64,000 nucleotides of DNA from Deltaproteobacteria bacterium (lineage in GTDB: Bacteria > Desulfobacterota > Syntrophia > Syntrophales > UBA8958), in contig JAPLJZ010000247.1 in assembly GCA_026388335.1 (NCBI GenBank), positions 1,233 to 65,232 on the forward strand. Reading direction: 5' to 3'. Numbering within the stretch: position 1 is the first letter of the stretch; each line of letters starts with the position of its first letter. Below, one piece after another: positions 55,368 to 64,000 of this stretch. A program made the position numbers and the translations under genes. The notes below the pieces were generated by a model. It saw nothing but the letters and a program-made list of their open reading frames with translations. It searched no databases and was not told where the DNA came from.

Positions 55368-56561
55368 TCAAAGAAACTGATGGCCAGGAGCGCGCCTGAA
55401 ATTCCACGGATATTGCAGTTCCAGTGGTGGATGCTGCAACCCGCTAAGACAATAGGCCAATCCTAGTGTCCTGAACCATGTGTAGAACAAATTGCTTTCA
55501 TTTACTGCACTGAACATCTCGCGATGTCCGATGGTCATTGACTCGTGTCTTCGGAATACCCACCCGCCATTACCATTGAAGTTATGTAAAAGTGCCGGTA
55601 AGGCCCGCTGAAGTGATAATTGAATATCCGCATTTCTATAGCTACTCTGCCGACCCAGTCGCACTAAAGGATCGATGCTATCAATGTCCTCACATGCGCT
55701 AGAGTTCCATTTAACGCCATAACCGCCAAGCCGATTCTGCGTCTTTAGGACATTATCTATGATACTCTCCACGTGGTTAATAGCAAGGTCATCATAGAAA
55801 TACAAAAGCCAAAAATGATAACCTGCTTGAACACCTATCGAAATTTCTGTTGGTGTATTAAATTTACAACCATAAAGCCCCGTATGACTGTCTTGCTTAG
55901 CACTAAGCATCTCGTATAATACATCAATAAGCTTACCGGCAGTTGTTGAGTTATGATAATCCCTTGAATATTGAAGCATTACTCCGATATTCTGTATCGC
56001 GTTAGATGAATCATGAACCTTGTTTTCCCAATCGAGAGAATTAAGAAACTTCCTAAACTTGTCAGGATTGGCAAATTGAACTACATAGCTAATCTCACGA
56101 CGCGCCGGTCTATCATAAAGAGCGAGGGTCATTAATGCATGGAGCGTCAGGTGTCGCCATCCCCACCAATCCTCGGTTTCCGCTTCCCTACATTCAATTA
56201 CGGGGTCACGCCAAAGACCATCTTCGCTTTGAGCTTTCAATACTAATTCCAACGCCTCTTCGGCGTGATTAACGTCTTCATCATAAAGATTCTTAATAAG
56301 TAGCACTGCAAGGGTCGAATATAGTGTGGGCTTAGTACAGCTTTTTGAGTGTCGATAGCCTATAAACTTCCCCCTTTTCGTAACGCGCAGGGAGGATAAA
56401 TAATTAAGCGTTCTACTTTTGATTTCATAAATATTCACCGGTGAAGTAAGTAAATATTCCTCGCGCCTGCCGAGAAAATTATTCCACCTTCGTAAACCTT
56501 TTTCGGCGAACACAGTTAGCGGATAAAGAGCGGATTTCGTTTGCGATAGAAGAGACTTCAT
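55368..56561 (-). CDS. hypothetical protein with alpha/alpha-toroid-like repeats (prenyltransferase / terpene-cyclase-like)
   Basis: Repeated motifs AQSEDGLWRD, TQNRLGGYG and NGNGGWVF resemble QxxDGxW / GGW repeats. Assignment is tentative. Confidence 0.35.
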   Translation of the reverse strand: MKSLLSQTKSALYPLTVFAEKGLRRWNNFLGRREEYLLTSPVNIYEIKSRTLNYLSSLRVTKRGKFIGYRHSKSCTKPTLYSTLAVLLIKNLYDEDVNHAEEALELVLKAQSEDGLWRDPVIECREAETEDWWGWRHLTLHALMTLALYDRPARREISYVVQFANPDKFRKFLNSLDWENKVHDSSNAIQNIGVMLQYSRDYHNSTTAGKLIDVLYEMLSAKQDSHTGLYGCKFNTPTEISIGVQAGYHFWLLYFYDDLAINHVESIIDNVLKTQNRLGGYGVKWNSSACEDIDSIDPLVRLGRQSSYRNADIQLSLQRALPALLHNFNGNGGWVFRRHESMTIGHREMFSAVNESNLFYTWFRTLGLAYCLSGLQHPPLELQYPWNFRRAPGHQFL

Positions 56562-56605
56562 AACCTTATGTTTTGTAATCCTTCATAAAAAATAATATTC
56601 CATTC

Positions 56606-57625
56606 TTAGTATTGAGCATATTTTTTTACGATGCGCTTTATGAGTTGTTTTGCTAAAGACATATCTAATCGCCGCAGCGGTGAATTCCAAAATGTTTTTA
56701 TTTCCTTGAGGCCGGGTTCACTACTATTTAGACAAATAGAACTCCATGTTTTAGATATAGTGCCAAAGAAAATATCTTCAGGATATATTTTTTTTACTTT
56801 ATTCATTTCGTTCAGTTTAAGCAAAATCTTTTCCACCCTGATTGCAAAATCCTTACCCTGAACTTTTCCTCCCCAAAATATACTAATAAGCAAACTGACT
56901 TCTTCCTCCGAAGCCTCAATTCCAATGAGGCGCATGTTGTTTCTGTAAATATTTCCTAGATTGAGAGCCCTGACCTCGTTAACTGAATGGCTAAAACTTG
57001 TAGAAGAAACTCGATAATTTAACAGAATTTCCGGTACATTAGATAACGGGAAAAAAAAACTACACCTGTGCCATAATTCAAAATCCTCCAATATGTGAAT
57101 ATACTTAGGATCGTAATATAAATTATGTTCCTTCATCTGTGACTTACGCATCATCACAGAAGGATGGGCTAGCGCATTTGTAAAAAAGGAGGTGCATTTT
57201 ATTTCATTTGCATCGGTAGGTGGACACCATAGTCTATCATTCTCTTCTCCAAAAAATCTGACCCATGTGCCGCAGATGCCAACTTCACGATGCGTATCCA
57301 TAAACCGCACTTGCTTGCTTAACCTCTCCGGCAGGCTTATGTCATCACAATCCATGCGTGCAATGTATTCTCCTTCTGCCAAATCAATTCCTCTGTTAAG
57401 CGTCGCTACAAGTTTAAGATTCTTATTATTGTGAACAAGTCTTATCCTTGAGTCGTTATATGACGCAATAATGTTCGCACTTTCATCTGTAGATCCATCA
57501 TTGATTATCAGGAATTCAAAATCCGTGAATGTTTGCCCACGTATGCTTTCTATAGCCTCACGAAGGTATTTTTCACCATTATACACCGGCATCAACACGG
57601 TTACCTTAGGCAGGCTTGCTCTCAT
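56606..57625 (-). CDS. GT2 glycosyltransferase
   Basis: VTVLMPVYNGEKYLREAIESIRGQTF...INDGSTDES...MDCDD. Confidence 0.85.
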   Translation of the reverse strand: MRASLPKVTVLMPVYNGEKYLREAIESIRGQTFTDFEFLIINDGSTDESANIIASYNDSRIRLVHNNKNLKLVATLNRGIDLAEGEYIARMDCDDISLPERLSKQVRFMDTHREVGICGTWVRFFGEENDRLWCPPTDANEIKCTSFFTNALAHPSVMMRKSQMKEHNLYYDPKYIHILEDFELWHRCSFFFPLSNVPEILLNYRVSSTSFSHSVNEVRALNLGNIYRNNMRLIGIEASEEEVSLLISIFWGGKVQGKDFAIRVEKILLKLNEMNKVKKIYPEDIFFGTISKTWSSICLNSSEPGLKEIKTFWNSPLRRLDMSLAKQLIKRIVKKYAQY

Positions 57626-58883
57626 TTAGATTGCCTCCACTATTGTTCATAGAATGCTTCAGAAAGGGGTTTACCATCAAACCGAGCAAAACAAAAAATA
57701 ATATTTCATTCTGTACCACCACCCAAGTTATCCAATTAACAACAGCCAAATATAGAAAAGAATAGAAAAGTATTTTCCCAACCAATGTATCCTTACTTAA
57801 TTGATAGGAACCTTTAATTGCTTTGAACCAGACATAAGTATATACAATCCCGCAAAAGATACCTTTCAGCAAGAATTTATTCAGGTACCCATTCAGTAGG
57901 TCAGTGTTACTCAAGAACCAATAATAATCGAATTTTGTAACTATCTTCTCTCCCAACCAATTTGGGTAGGAAAAAATCATATAAAATGAGTCTGCAATAT
58001 TTCTTGATCTTCCAATTAAACCACCAGGTGCGTCAGGAGAAAATATGCTGTAAAAAATAAGATCATCAAAAGCCTGACCTAACAGAAAATATATGAGCCA
58101 AACAGAGGCAAACACGGGTACGGTAAATACAAATAATCTCGCTATCCCAATTTTTTGTCTTCGATCAAACCAATATGTAATAGATGTTAATATTAAACAT
58201 ATCGCCGCTGTTCGAGACTGTGAGACTACTACGCCTATGACAGCAAAGATAATTACACAATAAATAATGGCTTTCTGATTTTTACTAATCATTAATCTTT
58301 CCTGAATAATTATAAAATTCATTAATACAACGAGACTCAAAAACACACCTAAAAAAATTGGTTGAGCAAAACTTGCTGCAACTCTTACACTACCAAACCT
58401 CTCATACAGCATTTGACTATTCATCCACAAATTGTCCGGGTCCATCATTAAATAACTAAACCTCTGAAAAAAAGGGTTTCCAGTACGCATTTCATACAAC
58501 GCCATAATAGACACAACGAGCGCGGCGCAATTCAAGACAATAACGTAGGACAAAAATGATTTTTCACTTTTGATGAGATATTTTCCTGCAAAATAAGGAA
58601 CTATAAAATACATAGATTTGGCTATAAAGTCAGCAACAGCGGCCCTCATGTTCTGATTAAAGAATGTAGCAAAAACATCTAACGCTACGAGAGCCAAGAT
58701 CACTAAATCAAATGTCTCAATATTAAAATAGTTTCCTTTAACTTCTTTGAGAAGTGGGGGGATAATAAGAAGTATTGCCAAAATCATCCATAAATAAAAA
58801 TCAAGTAAAGATCGAAACCCGATACCGTTTGGAAGAATAATCATAAGAAACGTATAAACAAAGAATGAATTAATCGTCTTCAT
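57606..58883 (-). CDS. Wzy-type O-antigen/EPS polymerase (polytopic membrane protein)
   Basis: About 10-12 hydrophobic helices, very AT-rich and Phe/Ile/Leu-rich, embedded among GT genes. Confidence 0.6.
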   Translation of the reverse strand: MKTINSFFVYTFLMIILPNGIGFRSLLDFYLWMILAILLIIPPLLKEVKGNYFNIETFDLVILALVALDVFATFFNQNMRAAVADFIAKSMYFIVPYFAGKYLIKSEKSFLSYVIVLNCAALVVSIMALYEMRTGNPFFQRFSYLMMDPDNLWMNSQMLYERFGSVRVAASFAQPIFLGVFLSLVVLMNFIIIQERLMISKNQKAIIYCVIIFAVIGVVVSQSRTAAICLILTSITYWFDRRQKIGIARLFVFTVPVFASVWLIYFLLGQAFDDLIFYSIFSPDAPGGLIGRSRNIADSFYMIFSYPNWLGEKIVTKFDYYWFLSNTDLLNGYLNKFLLKGIFCGIVYTYVWFKAIKGSYQLSKDTLVGKILFYSFLYLAVVNWITWVVVQNEILFFVLLGLMVNPFLKHSMNNSGGNLNESKPA

Positions 58884-58901
58884 AAAATAAATGTCAACAG
58901 A

Positions 58902-60071
58902 TCACGCAGCAAGGTATATATGATCAAAAAAATCCTTAAATCTCCGCGTCCATGTATGCTCCTGGATAGCCCGTTTATAACCAGCGTTCGCTATGTTTTC
59001 TCTGGAAGTCTCATGCTTTATGTAGTAACCAAGTTTCTCTGCTAAATCGTGTTCATTATGATAACAGCAAATCTCTTTGTTAATATCAAACAAAGATGCA
59101 ATTTCATCGGAATACTGGGTGCAAAGAAAAGTACCGCTCATAGTTGTTTCAAAATCCCTGAGATTTGAGCCATACAAAACATGATGATCAAGAAAATCAT
59201 GATTAAATCGCGATTCTGCAACATTTATGACTCCACTTGCTTGAGCCAAACACTGTGTGTATTCATCATCATTAAGTGCCGAGTGAACATGTCTTGGATA
59301 GTCCATATTAACTTTTAAAATTATACGGTCTCGCAGGTCGGAATCCAAATGCTGTAACGTTTTATCAATTGAATCACCATAATACTTTGTTATATTAAGA
59401 CCAAGACTGTTCATAGTTTTCTTTATGGTATTCTTAAGCAACGATGGGTTATATCTCCGGGAAGGGACTTGCCATCCATTCCCATGGAGATGCAAATTTA
59501 CACCATACTGCAACACCCGCCAGAACAAATAAGGTCGAATCCCATATGGTTGCCCAACAAATACTATATCCTGAGTTTTCAATTTAGAAGGCTTATAGAA
59601 GGCAGGATTCGCTGCAAAGGGCATCCAGTAACTTTGTACACCCGTCTTATCGAACGCTCCCTTAGCCACCGTTGACACATAAATATTTATGTCAACATTC
59701 CGTGCAATATCTTCGTACAATGAAAACTGATGGAAATTAGTTGTGTAATTTACGGTGAGCACCTTTTTTTTTATTTCTTTGAAAACATCTGGTTCAATCT
59801 GACCACTGTGGAGATACGACAAAAAGATATCAAAACCTTTTTTTTCGTGTTCTTGTCCGAATATAATAGGCAGCTCGTTCGAGAGCAGTTCTTTTGCTTT
59901 TTGACTCATTGATACTTCATTATGGCTTAACAGAAAAGCGTCAATATCGTATAATCTTACGTCATGCCCCATCGAGACGAGGGGATCATAAAAATTCCGC
60001 AACCATATCTCACTGCCGGCAATCGAAGTTGCACGAGCACCCATAACCAGGAATATTCTTAGTTTTTTCAT
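58902..60071 (-). CDS. CgeB-like / Glyco_trans_1_2-type glycosyltransferase
   Basis: The C-terminus IANAGYKRAIQEHTWTRRFKDFFDHI is typical of CgeB/DUF3880-associated GT domains. Confidence 0.55.
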   Translation of the reverse strand: MKKLRIFLVMGARATSIAGSEIWLRNFYDPLVSMGHDVRLYDIDAFLLSHNEVSMSQKAKELLSNELPIIFGQEHEKKGFDIFLSYLHSGQIEPDVFKEIKKKVLTVNYTTNFHQFSLYEDIARNVDINIYVSTVAKGAFDKTGVQSYWMPFAANPAFYKPSKLKTQDIVFVGQPYGIRPYLFWRVLQYGVNLHLHGNGWQVPSRRYNPSLLKNTIKKTMNSLGLNITKYYGDSIDKTLQHLDSDLRDRIILKVNMDYPRHVHSALNDDEYTQCLAQASGVINVAESRFNHDFLDHHVLYGSNLRDFETTMSGTFLCTQYSDEIASLFDINKEICCYHNEHDLAEKLGYYIKHETSRENIANAGYKRAIQEHTWTRRFKDFFDHIYLAA

Positions 60072-60099
60072 GGCAATATTCTGAATACAAACAAGCGTA

Positions 60100-61191
60100 T
60101 CAACGATAGAACTCTTTGATCACCAGCGAAACCATTTCTATCTCATCATCGGTGAGGCGCGAGGCGGATGGTAACCAGAGTCCTTTTTGGCCGATGAGGT
60201 TTGAGACTTTATGTTCTCCGGCTACACTGTACGCCTTCTGTTTATTAATCGGTGGATACATAATTCGTGTCCCTATGCCTCTTCCTTTTAAGTGATTCTG
60301 TAGGTCCTCTCTTTTCTCAACCAAAACATCAATAAACCAAGGGACAGTGCGCTCCAGGTCTTGATTGAAAAACGACACTTGGACTACATCTTCGAGCAAA
60401 CGTTTGTATAACCTGTATATTTCTTTTTTTCTCGCTACACGCCAGGGCAGTTTTTTCATTTGCTCTATACCTATACAGGCTTGGAGGTCTGTAAATTTGA
60501 AGTTATATCCGATCGTATCGTGTATGTCTGTTCCGCCCTCTGCTCTCCCAAAATCTTTCAATCTCTGTAGTTTGCGTGCAATTTGCTCATCGTTTGTTAC
60601 TATGCAGCCGCCCTGTCCTGTGGAGATGACTTTTGGCGCTGAAAAAGAAAAACTCCCAACCAATCCGGCAGTACCCATATGCCGGCCATCAGGATAAAAG
60701 GAGCCAAGGCTCTGTGCCGCATCTTCTATAAGGACCAGGGAATGTCGATTGCACAAATCTTGAAACGCTTGAATGCCTGCCTGTGGATACCTTCCATTGG
60801 CCGTAACCAACATTATAGCCTTCGTTTTCCGGGTTATGGCATTTTCCACTTTGTTGATATCCAAACAGAGAGTCTCGCGTTCGACATCCACAAACACAGG
60901 TATTGCACCAAATATCTTGACCGAATTCGGGGTGGCAATCATAGTATAGTTAGGTATGATTACCTCATCCACCGCTTTCACACCGCAGGCTAATGCCGCC
61001 AAGGTAAGGCTTATTGTTCCGTTATTGACAACGACGCAATGCTTCGCCCCGGTATATTCGGCAATCATATTCTCGAACTTCTCAGTCTGTTTGAACTCTG
61101 TGATCCAGCCACCTTCGTTCATATAATCGACAAGCGCCTGTTTTTCTTCGTCGCCGAACCATGGTTCCATTTGAGGAATACTCATAATCAT
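60100..61191 (-). CDS. DegT/DnrJ/EryC1 sugar aminotransferase
   Basis: VNNGTISLTLAALA..., SFSAPKVISTGQGG (PLP-Lys region), and 363 aa length. Confidence 0.9.
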   Translation of the reverse strand: MIMSIPQMEPWFGDEEKQALVDYMNEGGWITEFKQTEKFENMIAEYTGAKHCVVVNNGTISLTLAALACGVKAVDEVIIPNYTMIATPNSVKIFGAIPVFVDVERETLCLDINKVENAITRKTKAIMLVTANGRYPQAGIQAFQDLCNRHSLVLIEDAAQSLGSFYPDGRHMGTAGLVGSFSFSAPKVISTGQGGCIVTNDEQIARKLQRLKDFGRAEGGTDIHDTIGYNFKFTDLQACIGIEQMKKLPWRVARKKEIYRLYKRLLEDVVQVSFFNQDLERTVPWFIDVLVEKREDLQNHLKGRGIGTRIMYPPINKQKAYSVAGEHKVSNLIGQKGLWLPSASRLTDDEIEMVSLVIKEFYR

Positions 61192-61754
61192 TTCTCCTGT
61201 TCAATAAACTCCCTGAATCTTAGCTCGTAGCCAGCTATGTGGGTTTTATTTACATCTCTTATAACTCGGGCAGGGATGCCCCCGTAAAGCGTGTAGCTTT
61301 CTAAATCCGTCGTAGCCAAAGAAAGGGCAGCTAATCGTGCGCCCTCAAAAAAAGTTACATTAGGCAGCACTACTGAATTGGCTCCGATTAATGCATGTTT
61401 CTCCATGATTATCTTCCCTTTTGTAACGCCTCCTTTGAACTCTTCGGGAATTATGGGTGTAGCAATGCCGTTGACGTAATCATCGGAGCCTGCAGACAAA
61501 ACAACATTCGGTGACAAACTCGTGAATTCCTGCATCTCTACAGAGCATTCGCGTCCACCAATAAGTTTGCATCCAGAAGCTATGTGAACATAAGAACATA
61601 CTTTTAATGACGTTGAGATATAAGTAAAATCATCTATGATGACATTGTCTTCGATTTCGACCAACTCTGGATATCGAATACGAACTGTTTTACCAATGAT
61701 TACATTTTTCCCGCAGCTTTTGAGTTCTGAAAGATCGAAAAAAAGATTGTCCAT
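61188..61754 (-). CDS. hexapeptide-repeat (LbH) N-acetyltransferase
   Basis: Repeating [LIV]G-x4 turns. 4-bp overlap with the aminotransferase. Confidence 0.8.
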   Translation of the reverse strand: MDNLFFDLSELKSCGKNVIIGKTVRIRYPELVEIEDNVIIDDFTYISTSLKVCSYVHIASGCKLIGGRECSVEMQEFTSLSPNVVLSAGSDDYVNGIATPIIPEEFKGGVTKGKIIMEKHALIGANSVVLPNVTFFEGARLAALSLATTDLESYTLYGGIPARVIRDVNKTHIAGYELRFREFIEQEK

Positions 61755-61759
61755 TTAAG

Positions 61760-62158
61760 CTAAATTCTCCTTCTGTCTTTTTCAGCGCCTGGGTATGGTC
61801 CATTCTTTATTTCAAATACAATCGTATCGTTATCGAGAATTTCATATCCGTGGCCGCCTGAGAATAGAACCATAGCTTCTCCAGAATTTACACGAACCTC
61901 TTCCAGAAACTCACCACCTTCATCATACATGATTACCTTAATGGATCCTGCCATGACAACAATACATTCCTGAGTTCGATTAATTTCGCGCTTCACGTAA
62001 TTGTGAATATGTGCAGAGAGCTTTCTGCCCTTGTCGTATCTCCAGCTACCAAGCTGAAGATAATCGCTTTCCTCTGTAAAGAACGACAAGCCACTCTTCA
62101 GATCAGCGCCTTTTATATGCCTTCCTATTATCACACCGTCACTCACAAAGTCCTTCAC
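61760..62158 (-). CDS. cupin-fold WxcM/FdtA-like protein (possible NDP-4-keto-6-deoxyhexose 3,4-isomerase)
   Basis: 132 aa beta-rich protein with a His (SAHIHN) in a cupin-like context. Context: sits next to the aminotransferase and acetyltransferase. Confidence 0.5.
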   Translation of the reverse strand: MKDFVSDGVIIGRHIKGADLKSGLSFFTEESDYLQLGSWRYDKGRKLSAHIHNYVKREINRTQECIVVMAGSIKVIMYDEGGEFLEEVRVNSGEAMVLFSGGHGYEILDNDTIVFEIKNGPYPGAEKDRRRI

Positions 62159-62169
62159 GGACCACCCCC

Positions 62170-63084
62170 CTATATTACTCGGTAATGGGTAAAATAATCA
62201 TAATAGTTGAATATCTTTATCATCTGTGAAATGCCGTCATCTAATGTTTTTTCCGGAATATAGCCCAAGCTCCGTATCTTATTATATGAAATCAAAAAAT
62301 TTCTCAGGTCTTTATCCTTAACGTCTGACTCTATGATCTGAAAATTAGCATATTTTTGAACTGCCTGTGCAATTTCTAACTTTGAATAATTCAGATGTTC
62401 GCCACCCGCATTAAAGACATCCCCTTTCATTTTTTCGAAGTTCTCCAGTGCGAAAATGTAACACCCGACTGCATCATCAATATGGATAAAGGTTCTTTTT
62501 GCGTAACTATCAAACAACACAACAACCCCTTCCTTGAGGGCCTTATAGGTAAAATCGTTCACCATCAAATCCATGCGCATTTTTGGGCTGAAGCCGAACA
62601 CTGTTGCGAAGCGTAGGCTAATTGAATTCTCTCTTTCCATCATAATCTGTTCAGCCGCGTACTTTGTTTTGCCATATTGGCTTACCGGATCCACCGGAGT
62701 ATGCTCGGTGTACTCTTCGCCGGACTTTCCATAAAAAGACGTTGTGGAGGCATATATTAACCTTTGCCCTTTCCCCAACGATCTTACCAACTGATTCGTT
62801 GCCTCGACATTAATCAATTGCGCCGACGATGGATTTGCCGCACACGCTGGCAAACCGCTCAGACCTGCCAAGTGAAAAATAACATCATACTCCGCTATAT
62901 CATCAATATTGTTTCTAATATCCTGTTTCTTAACGGTAAGATCATCGTTTTCCACCAAATGTAAGATTGGTTCGAAACCATACATAAAATTGTCCAGGAT
63001 CGTCACTTTGTAGCCTTTTTCCAAGAGCCTTGCCACCAGCTTAACCCCTTTATATCCAGCACCACCCGTTACAAGTATTTTCAA
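62170..63084 (-). CDS. NAD-dependent epimerase/dehydratase (extended SDR)
   Basis: MKILVTGGAGYKG and YGKTK (YxxxK). Confidence 0.85.
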   Translation of the reverse strand: MKILVTGGAGYKGVKLVARLLEKGYKVTILDNFMYGFEPILHLVENDDLTVKKQDIRNNIDDIAEYDVIFHLAGLSGLPACAANPSSAQLINVEATNQLVRSLGKGQRLIYASTTSFYGKSGEEYTEHTPVDPVSQYGKTKYAAEQIMMERENSISLRFATVFGFSPKMRMDLMVNDFTYKALKEGVVVLFDSYAKRTFIHIDDAVGCYIFALENFEKMKGDVFNAGGEHLNYSKLEIAQAVQKYANFQIIESDVKDKDLRNFLISYNKIRSLGYIPEKTLDDGISQMIKIFNYYDYFTHYRVI

Positions 63085-63097
63085 AGTATCCTCCTAT

Positions 63098-64000
63098 TTA
63101 GATTCGTTGATTAAATTTTATAAACGCTTTTAATATTTTCTTTATTCTACTTTTTGTGGCCATCTTAAATCCAAAAAAGGCAGAGATTAAGATTAGCCGC
63201 TTAAAATAATTCTGTGGTTCGGGTCGATCTATCCCAAGGCAATCGAGGTCTTTAATTGATCTTATATTATATTTTATGAATAGCTTTCTCAGAACGGGGG
63301 CATATAAATCTAAATTTTCATTTTTCCCATGTATTTTCTTAAATAAATGCAAGTATTCTGATAATTCTATTTGTTTGTTATTTGAGCAAAGATTGGTCAC
63401 TCGATTTTTGTTTGCATCTGTCTCACCGATAAGTGGCTTTGAGCAAAAAACAAAGTCTCTATTATTTCGTAGCACCCTTATATAGAAATCAAAATCAACT
63501 AGCCATTGAAGCTTTATATCAAAACCTTCTTTAACTGAGTGCCTATATATTACAGCGCTTGGGCTCCCTATAAAATTTCCAGTAAAGAGGACGTCTGGAT
63601 TGTCAAAAAGCAGCGTCCGTTGGTTCTCGTCCGCAGCATGTATTTTTGTCTCATTAATTGAAGAGAACTCATTTAAAGTTGCGGAAAAAGCAAAATCACA
63701 GTGCGGATTTTGGTCAAGCATATTGACATACTCGCCAAGACTTTTGTCATCTATAAACCAAGTGTCATGGTGCATAATCTTTATGTATTCGCCTTTTGCA
63801 TGACGCACCGCTTCGTTCCAGTTTTCAGGGGAACCTAAGCGCGTTTCATTCTTGATATATCTTAACTTTTTGTTCCCATATTGATTGGCAATGTTTTTGA
63901 TACTATCGTCTTGCGTGTCATCGGTAATAACTATCTCGTAATCCGGAAACTTTTGCACAAATACAGTTTCTAATAATTTTCCCAGATATTTTGGTTCGTT
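63098..64000 (-). CDS. GT2 glycosyltransferase, 5-prime partial (frame runs off the window end)
   Basis: ...YEIVITDDTQDDS...SPENWNEA...IMHHDTWF. The frame is open to nt 64000. Confidence 0.75.
   Translation of the reverse strand, partial: NEPKYLGKLLETVFVQKFPDYEIVITDDTQDDSIKNIANQYGNKKLRYIKNETRLGSPENWNEAVRHAKGEYIKIMHHDTWFIDDKSLGEYVNMLDQNPHCDFAFSATLNEFSSINETKIHAADENQRTLLFDNPDVLFTGNFIGSPSAVIYRHSVKEGFDIKLQWLVDFDFYIRVLRNNRDFVFCSKPLIGETDANKNRVTNLCSNNKQIELSEYLHLFKKIHGKNENLDLYAPVLRKLFIKYNIRSIKDLDCLGIDRPEPQNYFKRLILISAFFGFKMATKSRIKKILKAFIKFNQRI

Overview
This 64 kb window holds one very large cell-surface glycan / exopolysaccharide (EPS) locus. About 50 genes are co-oriented on the minus strand. All calls come from reading the ORF translations and the DNA by eye, with no database search.

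Layout, left to right:
- 1-2.1 kb: a partial hypothetical gene, a decayed autotransporter beta-domain remnant and a small lipoprotein.
- 2.3-7.5 kb: a membrane PilZ-like protein, then the export/regulation core (PHP-type Tyr phosphatase, Wzc-like BY-kinase, Wza-like exporter).
- 7.6-17.2 kb: two roughly 80 percent identical FecR-like secreted paralogs with identical Ser/Thr-rich, Cys-containing tails. They bracket an OM barrel, a GT2, a B12-radical-SAM enzyme, a carbamoyltransferase and a GT-C (PMT/ArnT-like) enzyme. I flag this as a candidate periplasmic protein O-glycosylation system.
- 17.3-25.1 kb: an anchored Ig-like protein, an O-antigen-ligase/Wzy-like protein with a helical-repeat tail, and a giant secreted GH2-type glycosidase split into two frames at a GC hairpin repeat.
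- 25.1-26.6 kb: one intact MazEF-like module among decayed toxin-antitoxin (TA) remnants.
- 26.7-37 kb: a REC-only response regulator with a TM tail, a transaldolase, a complete GDP-D-glycero-alpha-D-manno-heptose pathway (gmhA, hddA, gmhB, hddC) with tailoring redox enzymes, and the priming phosphoglycosyltransferase.
- 37-43.6 kb: a junction island. It holds a DUF104 antitoxin with a PIN domain fused in frame to a DegT aminotransferase, an AbiE-like pair, two more PIN TA pairs, and three direct copies of the 3-prime end of a DUF354 gene.
- 43.6-64 kb: a visibly AT-richer cassette of glycosyltransferases, a Wzy, a deacetylase, a PaaK/CapK-like ligase and an amino-sugar module.

Three families of short GC-rich hairpin mini-repeats are scattered through the GC-rich half, several of them read through in frame inside genes. 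No rRNA, tRNA, CRISPR array, transposase or integrase was seen.
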